From Gammaproteobacteria bacterium (GTDB lineage: Bacteria; Pseudomonadota; Gammaproteobacteria; Pseudomonadales; Halieaceae), in assembly GCA_003646415.1 (NCBI GenBank), contig QNFS01000001.1, positions 15,068-79,067 on the forward strand: a stretch of DNA of 64,000 bases, written 5' to 3'. Positions within the stretch are counted from its first letter, which is position 1; every line of letters begins with the position of its first letter. The translations under genes were made by a program, and so were the position numbers. Below, in pieces: positions 28,903 to 38,404 of the stretch. Below the pieces are notes generated by a model. It did not search any database. It had not been told where the DNA came from and saw nothing but the letters and a program-made list of their open reading frames with translations.

Positions 28903-28935
28903 GCCCCTTGCTCACTGTACAGCAGGGGCTTATTA
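28903..28935. terminator. hairpin between convergent batD-like gene and pepN
   Basis: gccccttgct-cactgtac-agcaggggc stem (one bulge), followed by ttatta. Confidence 0.45.
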
Positions 28936-31590
28936 CTGCAGGGATTTGGTAACCACTTCAAAAATATCAGCGGATAAATCCGGCAAGTCCGCCAGCCGCT
29001 CCAGTTGGGCGCGCATCAGCTCTGCCCTGCCCGTGTAGTTACGCCACTTGGTCAGGGGCACCAGCAACCGGGAGGCGATCTGTGGATTAATACTGTTCAG
29101 GTCGCCGACGATATCGGCCAGAAAGCGATAACCCTCGCCGTCCATGCGGTGGAAATTGACAGGATTCTGGTTGGCGAAGATGCCCACCAGGGCGCGCACC
29201 TTGTTGGGATTGCGCAGGTCAAAATCCGCATGGGACATCAGCCCCTGTACCCGTGTCAATGCCCCGGCATCGGGAATCATGGCCTGCACCTGGAACCACT
29301 GATTAACTACCAAAGTCTCATGGCGCCAATCCCGATAGAACATATCGAGGGTTTTATCGCGAACAACAGTGTCACCGTAAACGGCAATCACTTTGAGTGC
29401 GCCCAGGCGTTCAGTCATATTGCCGGCCGCGCTGAACTGTTCTGACGCCAGTTCTATCCCGCCCGTATCCGCACTGGCCAAAAATTCCAGGCAGGTATTG
29501 CGCAGACTACGGGCGGCAATCTGCGTGGCATCAGGCGCATAAACCCGATCACTGGCCAGCCGTTGGTAGGTCGCCAAAAAGGTGTCGGGCAGGGCCTGGC
29601 CGATCGCCACCTGCACGGCATTCCTGGCCTGATGGATGGTGTCGACATCGGCACCACCCGCCTGGCTGGCCAACTCCGCAAGGTAATTTTCTCCCGGTAA
29701 CACCAGCATGTCCGCCACCATTGCACCGTCCAGCGATTCATCCGCCAACAGGTTGCCACAGGCATCCACTAACAGCGGGTCCACGCTAACCGGCACACCC
29801 TCCTGTATTTGCCGCTGTACCTCATGAATGACACGGATGGCCAGTGCCTGGGCGCTATCCCAGCGCACAAAGCCATCGTCGTCATGGCTCATCAGGGCAC
29901 ACAAATCACGTTTGCTGTAGTCGTAATCCAGGCGCACCGGGGCGGAGAAACCCCGCAGCAAGGATGGCACCGGACGCTCCCCTACCCCTTCAAACACAAA
30001 GGTCTGCCTGGGCTGGTCCACAGTCAACACGGTGTGGGTATTATCCGGGGTTTCTGCATCGGGCTTGGCATCAGCCAGGCACAAGGGCAAATTGCCCGCC
30101 TCACCCAACAAGCCCATGGCCAGGGGGATCACAAACGACGGCTTCGAAGCCTGCCCCGGTGTGGCCGGACAGGACTGCTCTATATGCAGGCGGTATTGCT
30201 GTATGTCGGCATCGTACTCATCACGTACCCGCAGCAGCGGGGTCCCCGCATAGGAATACCAGTTGCGGAATTGCCCGAGGTCCACGCCGCCGGCATCCTC
30301 CATCGCCAGCACAAAGTCCTCACAGGTTACCGCCTGCCCATCGTGGCGCTCAAAGTACAAATCTGAGCCCTTGCGGAACGCCTCCGCGCCCAGCAGAGTG
30401 TGTATCATGCGTACTATTTCCGCACCTTTTTCATACACGGTCATAGTGTAAAAATTATTGATCTCCATAAAGGAGTCCGGACGTACAGAATGGGCCATGG
30501 GCCCGGCATCCTCGGCAAACTGTACGGTGCGCATGAGGGTCGCATCCTCCACGCGCTTCACCGCGCTCGACCCCATATCAGCCGAGAATTGTGCATCACG
30601 AAAAACGGTAAAGCCCTCTTTCAAGCTGAGTTGAAACCAGTCCCGGCAGGTGACCCGGTTACCGCTCCAGTTATGAAAATATTCGTGCGCGACAATCGCC
30701 TCCACGCGCTGAAAACCTATGTCGGTGGTCGTCTCCGGGCTGCAAAGAACACAGGACGTATTAAAGATATTCAAGCTCTTATTTTCCATCGCCCCCATAT
30801 TGAAGTCGTCCACGGCGACAATATTGAAAATATCCAAATCGTATTCCCGCCCGTATGCCTCCTCATCCCAGCGCATGGATTTCACAAGGGAGAGCATGGC
30901 GTGGTCACACTTGCCAATGTCTTTCTTATCGACATAAATACGCAGGCAAACATCCCGGCCACCACTGGTCGTGAAATTATCCTCGATATGCGCCAGGTCA
31001 CCGGCAACAAGGGCAAAAAGATAAGCGGGCTTGGGGAACGGGTCATGCCAGGTAATCCGGTGCCGCCCGCCTTCGAGTTGCTCACTGTCTATGAGGTTGC
31101 CGTTGCTGAGCAATACAGGATAGCGACTCTGCTGCGCTTCGATAGTCACGGTGAATACCGACATCACATCGGGCCGGTCCAGGTAATAGGTGATTTTCCG
31201 AAAGCCCTCTGCCTCACATTGCGTGCAAAATAGGGTATGCGACTTGTACAGGCCTTCCAGGGACGTGTTGTCCTGGGGGCGTATGCGCGTCTTGCAGGCC
31301 AGTACGCACTGCTCCGGCACATTGTGGATCAGCAATGAATCAGCACTGACCACATACTGGTCTTCAACCAGTTCCTCCGTGTCAACCGCTATCGCCAGCA
31401 GCTCCAGGTCCTGGCCGTGCAGCTCCAGTGATTCGTCCTGCGCCACGCTGGGGTCGCGCAGCAGGTGCAGGCGCGAAGATACCACAGCATAATCTTCGTA
31501 CAGCTCAAAGTGTAGTTCAGTCCGATTGATCAAATAGGCTGGGCGCCGGTAATCCTTGAGATAGATCGTTTCCGGTTTGGCGTCTTTCAT
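28933..31590 (-). CDS. pepN: aminopeptidase N
   Basis: 885 aa with GAMEN and HEYFHNWSGNRVT...LKEG zinc motifs. Confidence 0.95.
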   Translation of the reverse strand: MKDAKPETIYLKDYRRPAYLINRTELHFELYEDYAVVSSRLHLLRDPSVAQDESLELHGQDLELLAIAVDTEELVEDQYVVSADSLLIHNVPEQCVLACKTRIRPQDNTSLEGLYKSHTLFCTQCEAEGFRKITYYLDRPDVMSVFTVTIEAQQSRYPVLLSNGNLIDSEQLEGGRHRITWHDPFPKPAYLFALVAGDLAHIEDNFTTSGGRDVCLRIYVDKKDIGKCDHAMLSLVKSMRWDEEAYGREYDLDIFNIVAVDDFNMGAMENKSLNIFNTSCVLCSPETTTDIGFQRVEAIVAHEYFHNWSGNRVTCRDWFQLSLKEGFTVFRDAQFSADMGSSAVKRVEDATLMRTVQFAEDAGPMAHSVRPDSFMEINNFYTMTVYEKGAEIVRMIHTLLGAEAFRKGSDLYFERHDGQAVTCEDFVLAMEDAGGVDLGQFRNWYSYAGTPLLRVRDEYDADIQQYRLHIEQSCPATPGQASKPSFVIPLAMGLLGEAGNLPLCLADAKPDAETPDNTHTVLTVDQPRQTFVFEGVGERPVPSLLRGFSAPVRLDYDYSKRDLCALMSHDDDGFVRWDSAQALAIRVIHEVQRQIQEGVPVSVDPLLVDACGNLLADESLDGAMVADMLVLPGENYLAELASQAGGADVDTIHQARNAVQVAIGQALPDTFLATYQRLASDRVYAPDATQIAARSLRNTCLEFLASADTGGIELASEQFSAAGNMTERLGALKVIAVYGDTVVRDKTLDMFYRDWRHETLVVNQWFQVQAMIPDAGALTRVQGLMSHADFDLRNPNKVRALVGIFANQNPVNFHRMDGEGYRFLADIVGDLNSINPQIASRLLVPLTKWRNYTGRAELMRAQLERLADLPDLSADIFEVVTKSLQ

Positions 31591-31611
31591 GGTTGTACTC
31601 AGTTCAGTCCG

Positions 31612-32445
31612 TTAGTTCAGAGTTAGCGACAGCTGGTAGCCGCCGTATTTGCGCATATTGATTACCCCGGTATCAAAGATCAAATATTGCCCCTTGATAC
31701 CCATCAGGGTGCCCCTGACACCGGGGGTCTTGTCCAGGTTGACGGATTTCACTTTGACAGGGTACTCCAGCACCGGATAGGAGATACAGGTCTGTGGCTC
31801 TCCTTCCAGCACAGTGATTGCCTGTAAACCCTGTTGTTGTCGCAGCTGCTCAATATCAACAGCGCATGCCTCCATCAACTGACAGCGCGCCTCCTCCAGA
31901 TCCCGCGGCTGCGCCGGCCCCTTTAGCATAGCCTGCCAATGGGTCTTGTCAGCGACATGATTCTTGAACACCACTTCCACCAGACCCGAATGCAGGCGAG
32001 AGCTTACACGGAAGATCGCCTGAGCCTGTGAGGCGCCCTGGTCCATCCAGCGGGTCGGCACCTGGCTGCCCCGGGTGATACCCACCTTGAGGCCGGAGGT
32101 GTTCGCCAGGTAGACAAAGTGATCAATCATGCAGTGTTCTTCGCCCCACTGGGGTTCGCGGCAGGTGCCCGCCGCATAGTGGCACTTTTCGGGGCTGATA
32201 ATACAGCTGTCGCATTGGGCCAGACGCCTGAAACAAGGATAACAGTAACCCTGGTTAAAGCTCTTGTTGGTTTTACGGTCGCAGTGAACGCAGTTGATCA
32301 CCCCCTGGTAATCCAGCTGTAGTTGCCGGCCCAGGTACTGGTTCAGGGGTATCTCGTGCCCGCCCAGCAGCATGGTGTACTGCACCGGATCTTCCAGGCT
32401 GGTGCGCATTTTGCGTACCGTGCCGGATGCCAATATATCGCCCAC
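31612..32445 (-). CDS. DUF2797 domain-containing protein
   Basis: Cys-rich N-terminal region (CVHCDRKT..GYCYPCF..CDSC) in the usual position after pepN. Confidence 0.7.
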   Translation of the reverse strand: MGDILASGTVRKMRTSLEDPVQYTMLLGGHEIPLNQYLGRQLQLDYQGVINCVHCDRKTNKSFNQGYCYPCFRRLAQCDSCIISPEKCHYAAGTCREPQWGEEHCMIDHFVYLANTSGLKVGITRGSQVPTRWMDQGASQAQAIFRVSSRLHSGLVEVVFKNHVADKTHWQAMLKGPAQPRDLEEARCQLMEACAVDIEQLRQQQGLQAITVLEGEPQTCISYPVLEYPVKVKSVNLDKTPGVRGTLMGIKGQYLIFDTGVINMRKYGGYQLSLTLN

Positions 32446-32454
32446 GGTGTTCTC

Positions 32455-32706
32455 CTATTTCCAGCTGAGGGTTGTTTCCTCTGGATCATCACAGCTGCCA
32501 CCGGCTTTATGGCCTTTGTCGATATAGCCCACCCGCTCCTTCTCAGGCAGGTGCTTTTCTCCCCAGGCGATAATGGCCGCCATGGTATTGCGCCGCTGCT
32601 CCCCTGTCAGGGGTTTACCGTCCGGCCATTTCCCCACCTCCAGCGAACGCTTGAGGCTCTGGTATATCTCAGGGGACAGGGTATCGATCAACTGCTGGTA
32701 ATCCAT
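32455..32706 (-). CDS. yeaC: YeaC family protein (DUF1315)
   Basis: 83 aa: MDYQQLIDTLSPEIYQSLKRSLEVGKWPDGKPLT. Confidence 0.75.
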   Translation of the reverse strand: MDYQQLIDTLSPEIYQSLKRSLEVGKWPDGKPLTGEQRRNTMAAIIAWGEKHLPEKERVGYIDKGHKAGGSCDDPEETTLSWK

Positions 32707-32757
32707 GGACTATTCCGGTGTTCCGGTGTTTCAGGGTGGGGATTATACCCATGCTAC

Positions 32758-33615
32758 TCAGCCTTTGTCGTCGGCCAGGCGCGATAGCAGGCCAAAGGCC
32801 GCACCCAGGCCACACCCGCACAGCAAACCACCCAGGTGGGCGGCATTGGCAATGGCGCCAAAACCAAGCACCTGCACCAGTCCCACCATGCACACCACCA
32901 ACCAGCCGATCATAAACAACATAAGGGTGGGCATGGGTTGTATGCGCCATTGTGGTTGAAACAGGGGCGCCACCCAGGAAAACCCCAGCAGGCCATACAC
33001 CACGCCGGACATCCCGCCGAATATGCCGGCACCGCTGAAAATAAACTGGCTGGCGTTGGATACCAGTGCAATAACCAGAAACAATAAGGCCATATTCAGC
33101 AGCCCTACCACCCGCTCCACTTTGGCGCCCAGTTCCCACATCCACAGACTATTGAACACAATATGGAGCCAGCCGAAATGTAAAAAAACCGGAGTAATCA
33201 AGCGCCAGTACTGGCCATCGATATTGCCGAATACGGGCTCGCCACCGACTATCTGGAAGGGGGTGAAGGTCAGGTAGGCCAACCAATCCATGGGGGCATG
33301 CAGGTAAATCAGCAAAAACCCACCAATACTCAGCAATATCAAGGCCACGGTAACGGGAGCGCTGCGCCAGCGCAGTGTACTTTCCTGTGGTGTTCGCTGC
33401 GCCTTACCCGCCAGTTCAATCCGCAGCTTGCCCGCACGCCAGTCCCGATACAGGGCGGCCACCAGCTGCGCCTGTTCCGCATGTTGCACCACAACCACCT
33501 GGCGACCGCTCTCCTCAAATATCCGGTGCGCCACACCGCGCTGGTGCAGTAGCACGCTCAACGGCAGCAGGTCCTCCTCAACATTGACGCTGAGGGCTTC
33601 ATGAAGATCCGACAT
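32758..33615 (-). CDS. rhomboid family intramembrane serine protease
   Basis: GGMSGVVYG (GxSG) and AHLGG His motifs with multiple TM helices. The ATG at 33615 overlaps the nadK stop by 1 nt. Confidence 0.8.
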   Translation of the reverse strand: MSDLHEALSVNVEEDLLPLSVLLHQRGVAHRIFEESGRQVVVVQHAEQAQLVAALYRDWRAGKLRIELAGKAQRTPQESTLRWRSAPVTVALILLSIGGFLLIYLHAPMDWLAYLTFTPFQIVGGEPVFGNIDGQYWRLITPVFLHFGWLHIVFNSLWMWELGAKVERVVGLLNMALLFLVIALVSNASQFIFSGAGIFGGMSGVVYGLLGFSWVAPLFQPQWRIQPMPTLMLFMIGWLVVCMVGLVQVLGFGAIANAAHLGGLLCGCGLGAAFGLLSRLADDKG

Positions 33616-34499
33616 CAATTGACCAGGGCGTCGCCCCAGTGCAGTTTGTCCCTGCAACTGGCATAAAAACTGTGACCCACCGGGTGCAGTAAGGTCAACC
33701 GGTGGGGTTTCTTGCTGATATGCACCGAATCTCCCGGTCGTGCGGTCATATTCACCTGCCCGTCACAGGTAACCGGTGGGTGAATGCGGTTGCGCTCCAG
33801 GATATCCACCCGGATCTGCGAGTCGCCGTCCACCACAATCGGGCGGCTGCTCAGGGCGTGGGGGAACATGGGCACCAGCAACATGGCATCAAGGGTAGGG
33901 TGCATGATGGGCCCGCCCCCGGACAGGGAGTAGGCGGTGGAGCCTGTCGGGGTCGATACTATCAGACCGTCCGCCCGCTGCCGGTAAACAAAAGTATCGT
34001 TGATATACAGCTCAAACTCGATCATCTGGGCCGAGGTACCGGAATTGACGACCACATCATTGAGTGCGTCGGCCCGCCCCACCACCACACCATCGCGCCT
34101 CACATCGGCATCCAGCAGAAAGCGGCTCTCGCGCTCAAAATTCCCCTCCAAAACAGGAGGTATCTCGCGGGCCATCTCATCCGGGGTGATATCCGTAAGA
34201 AAACCGAGCCGTCCTCTATTGACGCCCAGTACCGGCGTCTCGTACTTGGCCAGAGTGCGCGCGGCGCTGAGCAGGCTGCCGTCACCACCCACCACGATGA
34301 TCAGATCGGTCTCCTGGCCGATTTCATCGCGGGTAGCCAGCCGCTGGCCGTGCTCTGGCAGCACCTCTCGCAAACGGTCTTCCAGCACGACCTCCAGACC
34401 ACGTGCCTCCAGCAGGGCCACCAACTGCTGCAGCACCTCCCGCAGGCCGCTCTGCTGGCTGCGCCCTACTACTCCGATTATCTTGAAGGAAGCCTGCAT
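33615..34499 (-). CDS. nadK: NAD(+) kinase
   Basis: GGDGSLL and NRGRLGFLTD motifs. I prefer the ATG at 34499 (MQASFKIIGVVGR). Confidence 0.9.
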   Translation of the reverse strand: MQASFKIIGVVGRSQQSGLREVLQQLVALLEARGLEVVLEDRLREVLPEHGQRLATRDEIGQETDLIIVVGGDGSLLSAARTLAKYETPVLGVNRGRLGFLTDITPDEMAREIPPVLEGNFERESRFLLDADVRRDGVVVGRADALNDVVVNSGTSAQMIEFELYINDTFVYRQRADGLIVSTPTGSTAYSLSGGGPIMHPTLDAMLLVPMFPHALSSRPIVVDGDSQIRVDILERNRIHPPVTCDGQVNMTARPGDSVHISKKPHRLTLLHPVGHSFYASCRDKLHWGDALVN

Positions 34500-34592
34500 A
34501 TTGCTCGCGCCCTGACCCTGAAAGACTGACATTATAAACACGAATGGACAGTGTAGCGCAGTAATCCCTATTTATCCCTAAATGACCTGTGG

Positions 34593-34612
34593 AACTGTGT
34601 TTATATACAGTA
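34593..34612. promoter_or_regulatory. LexA (SOS) box
   Basis: aaCTGTgtttatatACAGta is CTGT-N8-ACAG and matches TACTGTATATATATACAGTA at 17 of 20 positions. It overlaps a TATATA hexamer and lies 28 nt upstream of the ATG at 34640. Confidence 0.7.
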
Positions 34613-34639
34613 CTATCAGCAAGTAGCTACAAGGGATTT

Positions 34640-34762
34640 ATGCAGCCGCTGGAGGCGTCGCTCCATGAACTGATCAGCCAGAGCCAGGCGGCACTGCCGG
34701 AGAGCCTGAAAAATATCAAAGTGAGCAAAGCACCTTACAAAAAGCGCCGATCGGCCAAATAG
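34640..34762 (+). CDS. possible 40-aa small protein (not in the ORF track)
   Basis: ATG follows aaggga. Product: MQPLEASLHELISQSQAALPESLKNIKVSKAPYKKRRSAK. Third-codon positions are G/C-rich, as in the genome's real genes. I recognise no homologue. Confidence 0.35.
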   Translation: MQPLEASLHELISQSQAALPESLKNIKVSKAPYKKRRSAK

Positions 34763-34871
34763 AGCCCCCTGTGTCGCTCCCGGCCATGCTGCTGGCGCCC
34801 CCGGCCATGCCCAATCACGCGAATTAGGCGCCTAATAGTCTCACTTCCTCACTGATTACTGGAGAATTGAG

Positions 34872-34964
34872 ATGAAAGACTGGAAAGAAAGTATTGCACA
34901 CGTATTGATAATGCAAATGCTGGTTGTCACCGTACTGGTGGACCGCTGGGCCAGCGAGGAGTAA
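34872..34964 (+). CDS. possible 30-aa hydrophobic peptide (not in the ORF track)
   Basis: ggagaattgag precedes the ATG. Product: MKDWKESIAHVLIMQMLVVTVLVDRWASEE. The stop lies 5 nt before the ATG of the next ORF. Confidence 0.35.
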   Translation: MKDWKESIAHVLIMQMLVVTVLVDRWASEE

Positions 34965-34969
34965 TCGGC

Positions 34970-35437
34970 ATGGGTGTGTTCAACCGCCTGTTGCGCAGAG
35001 ATGTGACCAGGGCCAGCGCCACTGGACTGGATATCGAAACTGCCCGGGGAATTGTCCAGGACTACAAAGTCTTTTTGGAAACCTCCGCCCCAATGCCCGG
35101 CCGTGTTGCCGATGTAAGTGAGCTCCCTCACAGCAAGGATCTTATCAAGGACGCAATCTCTGTGTGCATCACGGTGCTCGGGGATCCCCAACTAACCAAA
35201 CATCTCAAGTATGGGTATCTGATGTTATCCGCATGGCAAAACGGTGTGGGTGCGAATACCCTGGGACCTGATTTTTCCCAGCTTGATCTGGACATCGATC
35301 CGCTGGAGTTGGCGCAGCAAATTCAGGAGCAAAGTGCTCCAATGGAGAAGTGGAGCCCTGTGATCAGGGCCGAGCAGGCAAAGCTGACATCTGAGTTGAG
35401 AGCCATGGGGGTTAATACTCAATTGGCATTTGGTTAA
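34970..35437 (+). CDS. hypothetical protein (orphan, 155 aa)
   Basis: Clean ORF. I recognise no motif or family. Confidence 0.5.
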   Translation: MGVFNRLLRRDVTRASATGLDIETARGIVQDYKVFLETSAPMPGRVADVSELPHSKDLIKDAISVCITVLGDPQLTKHLKYGYLMLSAWQNGVGANTLGPDFSQLDLDIDPLELAQQIQEQSAPMEKWSPVIRAEQAKLTSELRAMGVNTQLAFG

Positions 35438-35490
35438 GCGATGTCAGGTTATGTGGTGCAATCCTCACTCATCCTTTATATTACGGCACC

Positions 35491-37125
35491 ATGCTACGCC
35501 TTAACGAAATCAAACTGCCCCTCAATCACGAAGATGATGAGCTGGCCGCCGCCATTGTCAGCAAGTTGGGGATCAACGCGGCTGATTTACTGGATTTTTC
35601 TGTCTTCAAGCGCAGCCATGACGCGCGCAATAAATCAAATATCCTGCTGGTATACCAAGTCGATGCGGTTCTGAATGAGGGCATGGAGAGCGACCTTCTT
35701 GCCTCTCTCCCCACCAATTCATCCGTTGGCCCCACTCCCGACACACGGTATCAATTTGTCACAAGGGCCAATGACGATTTTCCGGTGAGCACCCAGCAGC
35801 GACCTATCGTAATCGGCTTCGGCCCCTGCGGCATTCTGGCGGCATTGTTACTGGCCCAGATGGGGTTCAAACCCATTGTCCTGGAGCGCGGACAGAACGT
35901 CAGGCAGCGCACCAAAGACACCTGGGATTTCTGGCGCGCGCGCAAACTGAAGTCAGAATCTAACGTGCAATTTGGTGAAGGTGGCGCCGGCACATTCTCC
36001 GATGGCAAACTGTATAGCCAGGTAAAGGACAAGCGACACCTGGGGCGCAAGGTGTTAACCGAATTCGTCAAAGCCGGAGCGCCAGAGGAAATCCTGAGCG
36101 TCAGCAAACCGCATATCGGCACGTTCAAACTGGTGAAAATGGTAGCGGCCATACGGGAGGAAATCATCCGCCTGGGAGGTGAAATCCGTTTCGAGCAGAA
36201 GGTGGAAACCATCCATCGCAACATCGACCAGGAGGGTAATGGCCAGGTGACAGGGCTGACCCTGAGTACCGGAGAAACCCTGCCCGGCAATCACATCATT
36301 CTGGCAGTTGGCCACAGCGCCCGCGATACATTCCAGATGCTGCTCGATCAGGGGGTTCATATTGAAGCCAAGCCATTTTCCATCGGCTTTCGCATCGAGC
36401 ATCCCCAATCGGTTATTGATCACGCCCGCTTTGGCGAGCAGGCCGGGCACCCGCTACTGGGCGCGGCCGACTATAAGCTGGTACATCACTGTGACAATGG
36501 CCGCTCAGTCTACAGTTTTTGTATGTGCCCGGGCGGTACGGTTGTCGCCGCCACTTCCGAGGAGGGGCATGTGGTCACCAATGGTATGTCACAGTATTCA
36601 CGCAATGAGCGCAACGCCAACGCAGCAATCGTGGTCGGCATTACCCCGGAGCAGGATTACCCGCAACATGTGTTTGCCGGTATAGACTTGCAGCAACAAC
36701 TGGAAGCCCTCGCCTATGAGCTGGGCGGCAAAAATTACAATGCCCCGGCCCAGTTGGTCGGGGATTTTTTACAGGGCAAGCCCTCCACCGAGCTGGCAAG
36801 CGTCACCCCCTCCTACCAGCCGGGGGTTACCCTCACCGACCTTTCGAAAGCCCTGCCGGCCTATGCCATAGCCGCCATTCGAGAGGCCATTGTGGCTTTC
36901 GAAAAGAAAATAAAAGGCTTTGCCATGAGTGACTCCATCCTGACCGGGGTTGAGACCCGCACATCATCTCCCATTTGCATTGTGCGCGGAGGCGACTTCC
37001 AGAGCTTGAATACCCGGGGTTTATACCCCGCCGGAGAGGGCGCAGGCTATGCTGGGGGAATATTGTCCGCCGGTATCGACGGCATTAAAGTGGCCGAGGC
37101 CATTGCTCTGGATATTCTGGGCTAA
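35491..37125 (+). CDS. NAD(P)/FAD-dependent oxidoreductase (COG2509-type)
   Basis: Dinucleotide-binding motif IVIGFGPCG, plus C-terminal GLYPAGEGAGYAGGI. Confidence 0.8.
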   Translation: MLRLNEIKLPLNHEDDELAAAIVSKLGINAADLLDFSVFKRSHDARNKSNILLVYQVDAVLNEGMESDLLASLPTNSSVGPTPDTRYQFVTRANDDFPVSTQQRPIVIGFGPCGILAALLLAQMGFKPIVLERGQNVRQRTKDTWDFWRARKLKSESNVQFGEGGAGTFSDGKLYSQVKDKRHLGRKVLTEFVKAGAPEEILSVSKPHIGTFKLVKMVAAIREEIIRLGGEIRFEQKVETIHRNIDQEGNGQVTGLTLSTGETLPGNHIILAVGHSARDTFQMLLDQGVHIEAKPFSIGFRIEHPQSVIDHARFGEQAGHPLLGAADYKLVHHCDNGRSVYSFCMCPGGTVVAATSEEGHVVTNGMSQYSRNERNANAAIVVGITPEQDYPQHVFAGIDLQQQLEALAYELGGKNYNAPAQLVGDFLQGKPSTELASVTPSYQPGVTLTDLSKALPAYAIAAIREAIVAFEKKIKGFAMSDSILTGVETRTSSPICIVRGGDFQSLNTRGLYPAGEGAGYAGGILSAGIDGIKVAEAIALDILG

Positions 37126-37131
37126 GTATTC

Positions 37132-38139
37132 TTATACCACCGCGGAGATACCGACGGCTTCACGCACCTTTTGCATCAACGGCGCGCTGTATTCCCGCGC
37201 CCTGTCTGCACCCTTGCGCAGTACGCTTTCAATATGTCCAGGGTCTTCCATCAGCTCGTTATAGCGCTCCCGGGCCTGGCCCAGCTCACCATTGACCAGC
37301 TCAAACAATTGTTTCTTGGCCTCACCCCAGGCGATACCGTTCTCAAATTCGCTGCGCATACGTGCGATTTCTTCAGCCGATGCAAAGGCTGACCACACCT
37401 GGAATACGGTAGAGTCGTCCGCATCCTTGGGCTCGCCGGGCTCCAGCAGATTGGTCTTTATCTTGTTAATGGATTTGCGCAGCTGCTTCTCCGTCTGGAA
37501 CAGGGGAATGGTGTTGTTATAGCTTTTGCTCATCTTGCGGCCGTCCAGGCCCTGCAGCACGGCCACATTGTCATCCACCACCGCTTCGGGCAGGGTGAAT
37601 ACGTCGGCGAAGTTGTGATTGAAGCGCTGGGCGATATCGCGGGCCATTTCCACATGCTGGATCTGGTCTCGCCCCACGGGGATTTTTCCGGCATTGAACA
37701 TCAGGATATCCGCTGCCATCAAAACGGGATAGCTGAACAGCCCCATGGTGACGGCAAAATCCGGATCCTCTCCCGCCTGTTCATTAGCCTGCACCACCGC
37801 CTTGTAGGCATGGGCACGATTCATCAGGCCCTTGGCGGCATTGCAGCAAAGCACCCAGGTCAGTTCGGTGATTTCCGGTACATCCGACTGGCGGTAAAAC
37901 AGGGCCTTGTCAGTATCCAGGCCCAGGGCCAGCCAGGTGGCGGCGATTTCCTTACTGGACTGGCGCACCAGGGCCGGGTCCTGGCACTTGATCAGGGCGT
38001 GGTAGTCCGCCAGAAAGAAAAAAGCGTCCATGGACTCATTGCGGGAGGCCTCGATAGAAGGGCGTATGGCGCCCACGTAATTACCCAGGTGAGGTGTGCC
38101 GGTGGTGGTAATACCGGTGAGTACGCGTTGCTTTGCCAT
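37132..38139 (-). CDS. trpS: tryptophan--tRNA ligase
   Basis: HLGNYVGA (HIGH-like) and KMSKS motifs. 335 aa. Confidence 0.95.
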   Translation of the reverse strand: MAKQRVLTGITTTGTPHLGNYVGAIRPSIEASRNESMDAFFFLADYHALIKCQDPALVRQSSKEIAATWLALGLDTDKALFYRQSDVPEITELTWVLCCNAAKGLMNRAHAYKAVVQANEQAGEDPDFAVTMGLFSYPVLMAADILMFNAGKIPVGRDQIQHVEMARDIAQRFNHNFADVFTLPEAVVDDNVAVLQGLDGRKMSKSYNNTIPLFQTEKQLRKSINKIKTNLLEPGEPKDADDSTVFQVWSAFASAEEIARMRSEFENGIAWGEAKKQLFELVNGELGQARERYNELMEDPGHIESVLRKGADRAREYSAPLMQKVREAVGISAVV

Positions 38140-38190
38140 GAATATCCGCTTGCTCTAAAAAAGCGCCAATGATACTGGGATTGACGCCTA

Positions 38191-38394
38191 CTAGCTATCC
38201 TGGACGCCCGGTACCCGGTCCGGCAATTTATCCAGCAGTGCACTGCAGCCCGCCAGGAAAGAGTCCATATTGTAGGTGGAATTGAACAGGATACAATCGG
38301 CTGCCAGCGCCGAGTAGAGGCTGACCATCTGTGCCTCCAACAGGCTCAGTTGCTGGCTTTGCGCCGCGTAGGCCGACAGTAGCAGCACCTTCAC
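38191..38394 (-). pseudogene. remnant of a DUF3524 glycosyltransferase (tRNA-queuosine mannosyltransferase-like) gene
   Basis: From the GTG at 38394 the ORF reads VKVLLLSAYAAQSQQ / LSLLEAQMVSLYSALAADCILFNSTYNMDSFLAGCSALLDKLPDRVP. As I remember the ~380-aa family, these are its N-terminus and a mid-protein block. About 110 aa between them and the whole C-terminal GT domain are missing. Confidence 0.45.
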
Positions 38395-38404
38395 GCCGGG
38401 AGCC

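Noticed and set aside
32669-33145. 158-aa and other ORFs overlapping the rhomboid protease gene
   Set aside because: They are out-of-frame or antisense to a gene with clear GxSG/His rhomboid motifs. Their Gly/Arg/Pro-rich composition is typical of wrong-frame GC-rich DNA.
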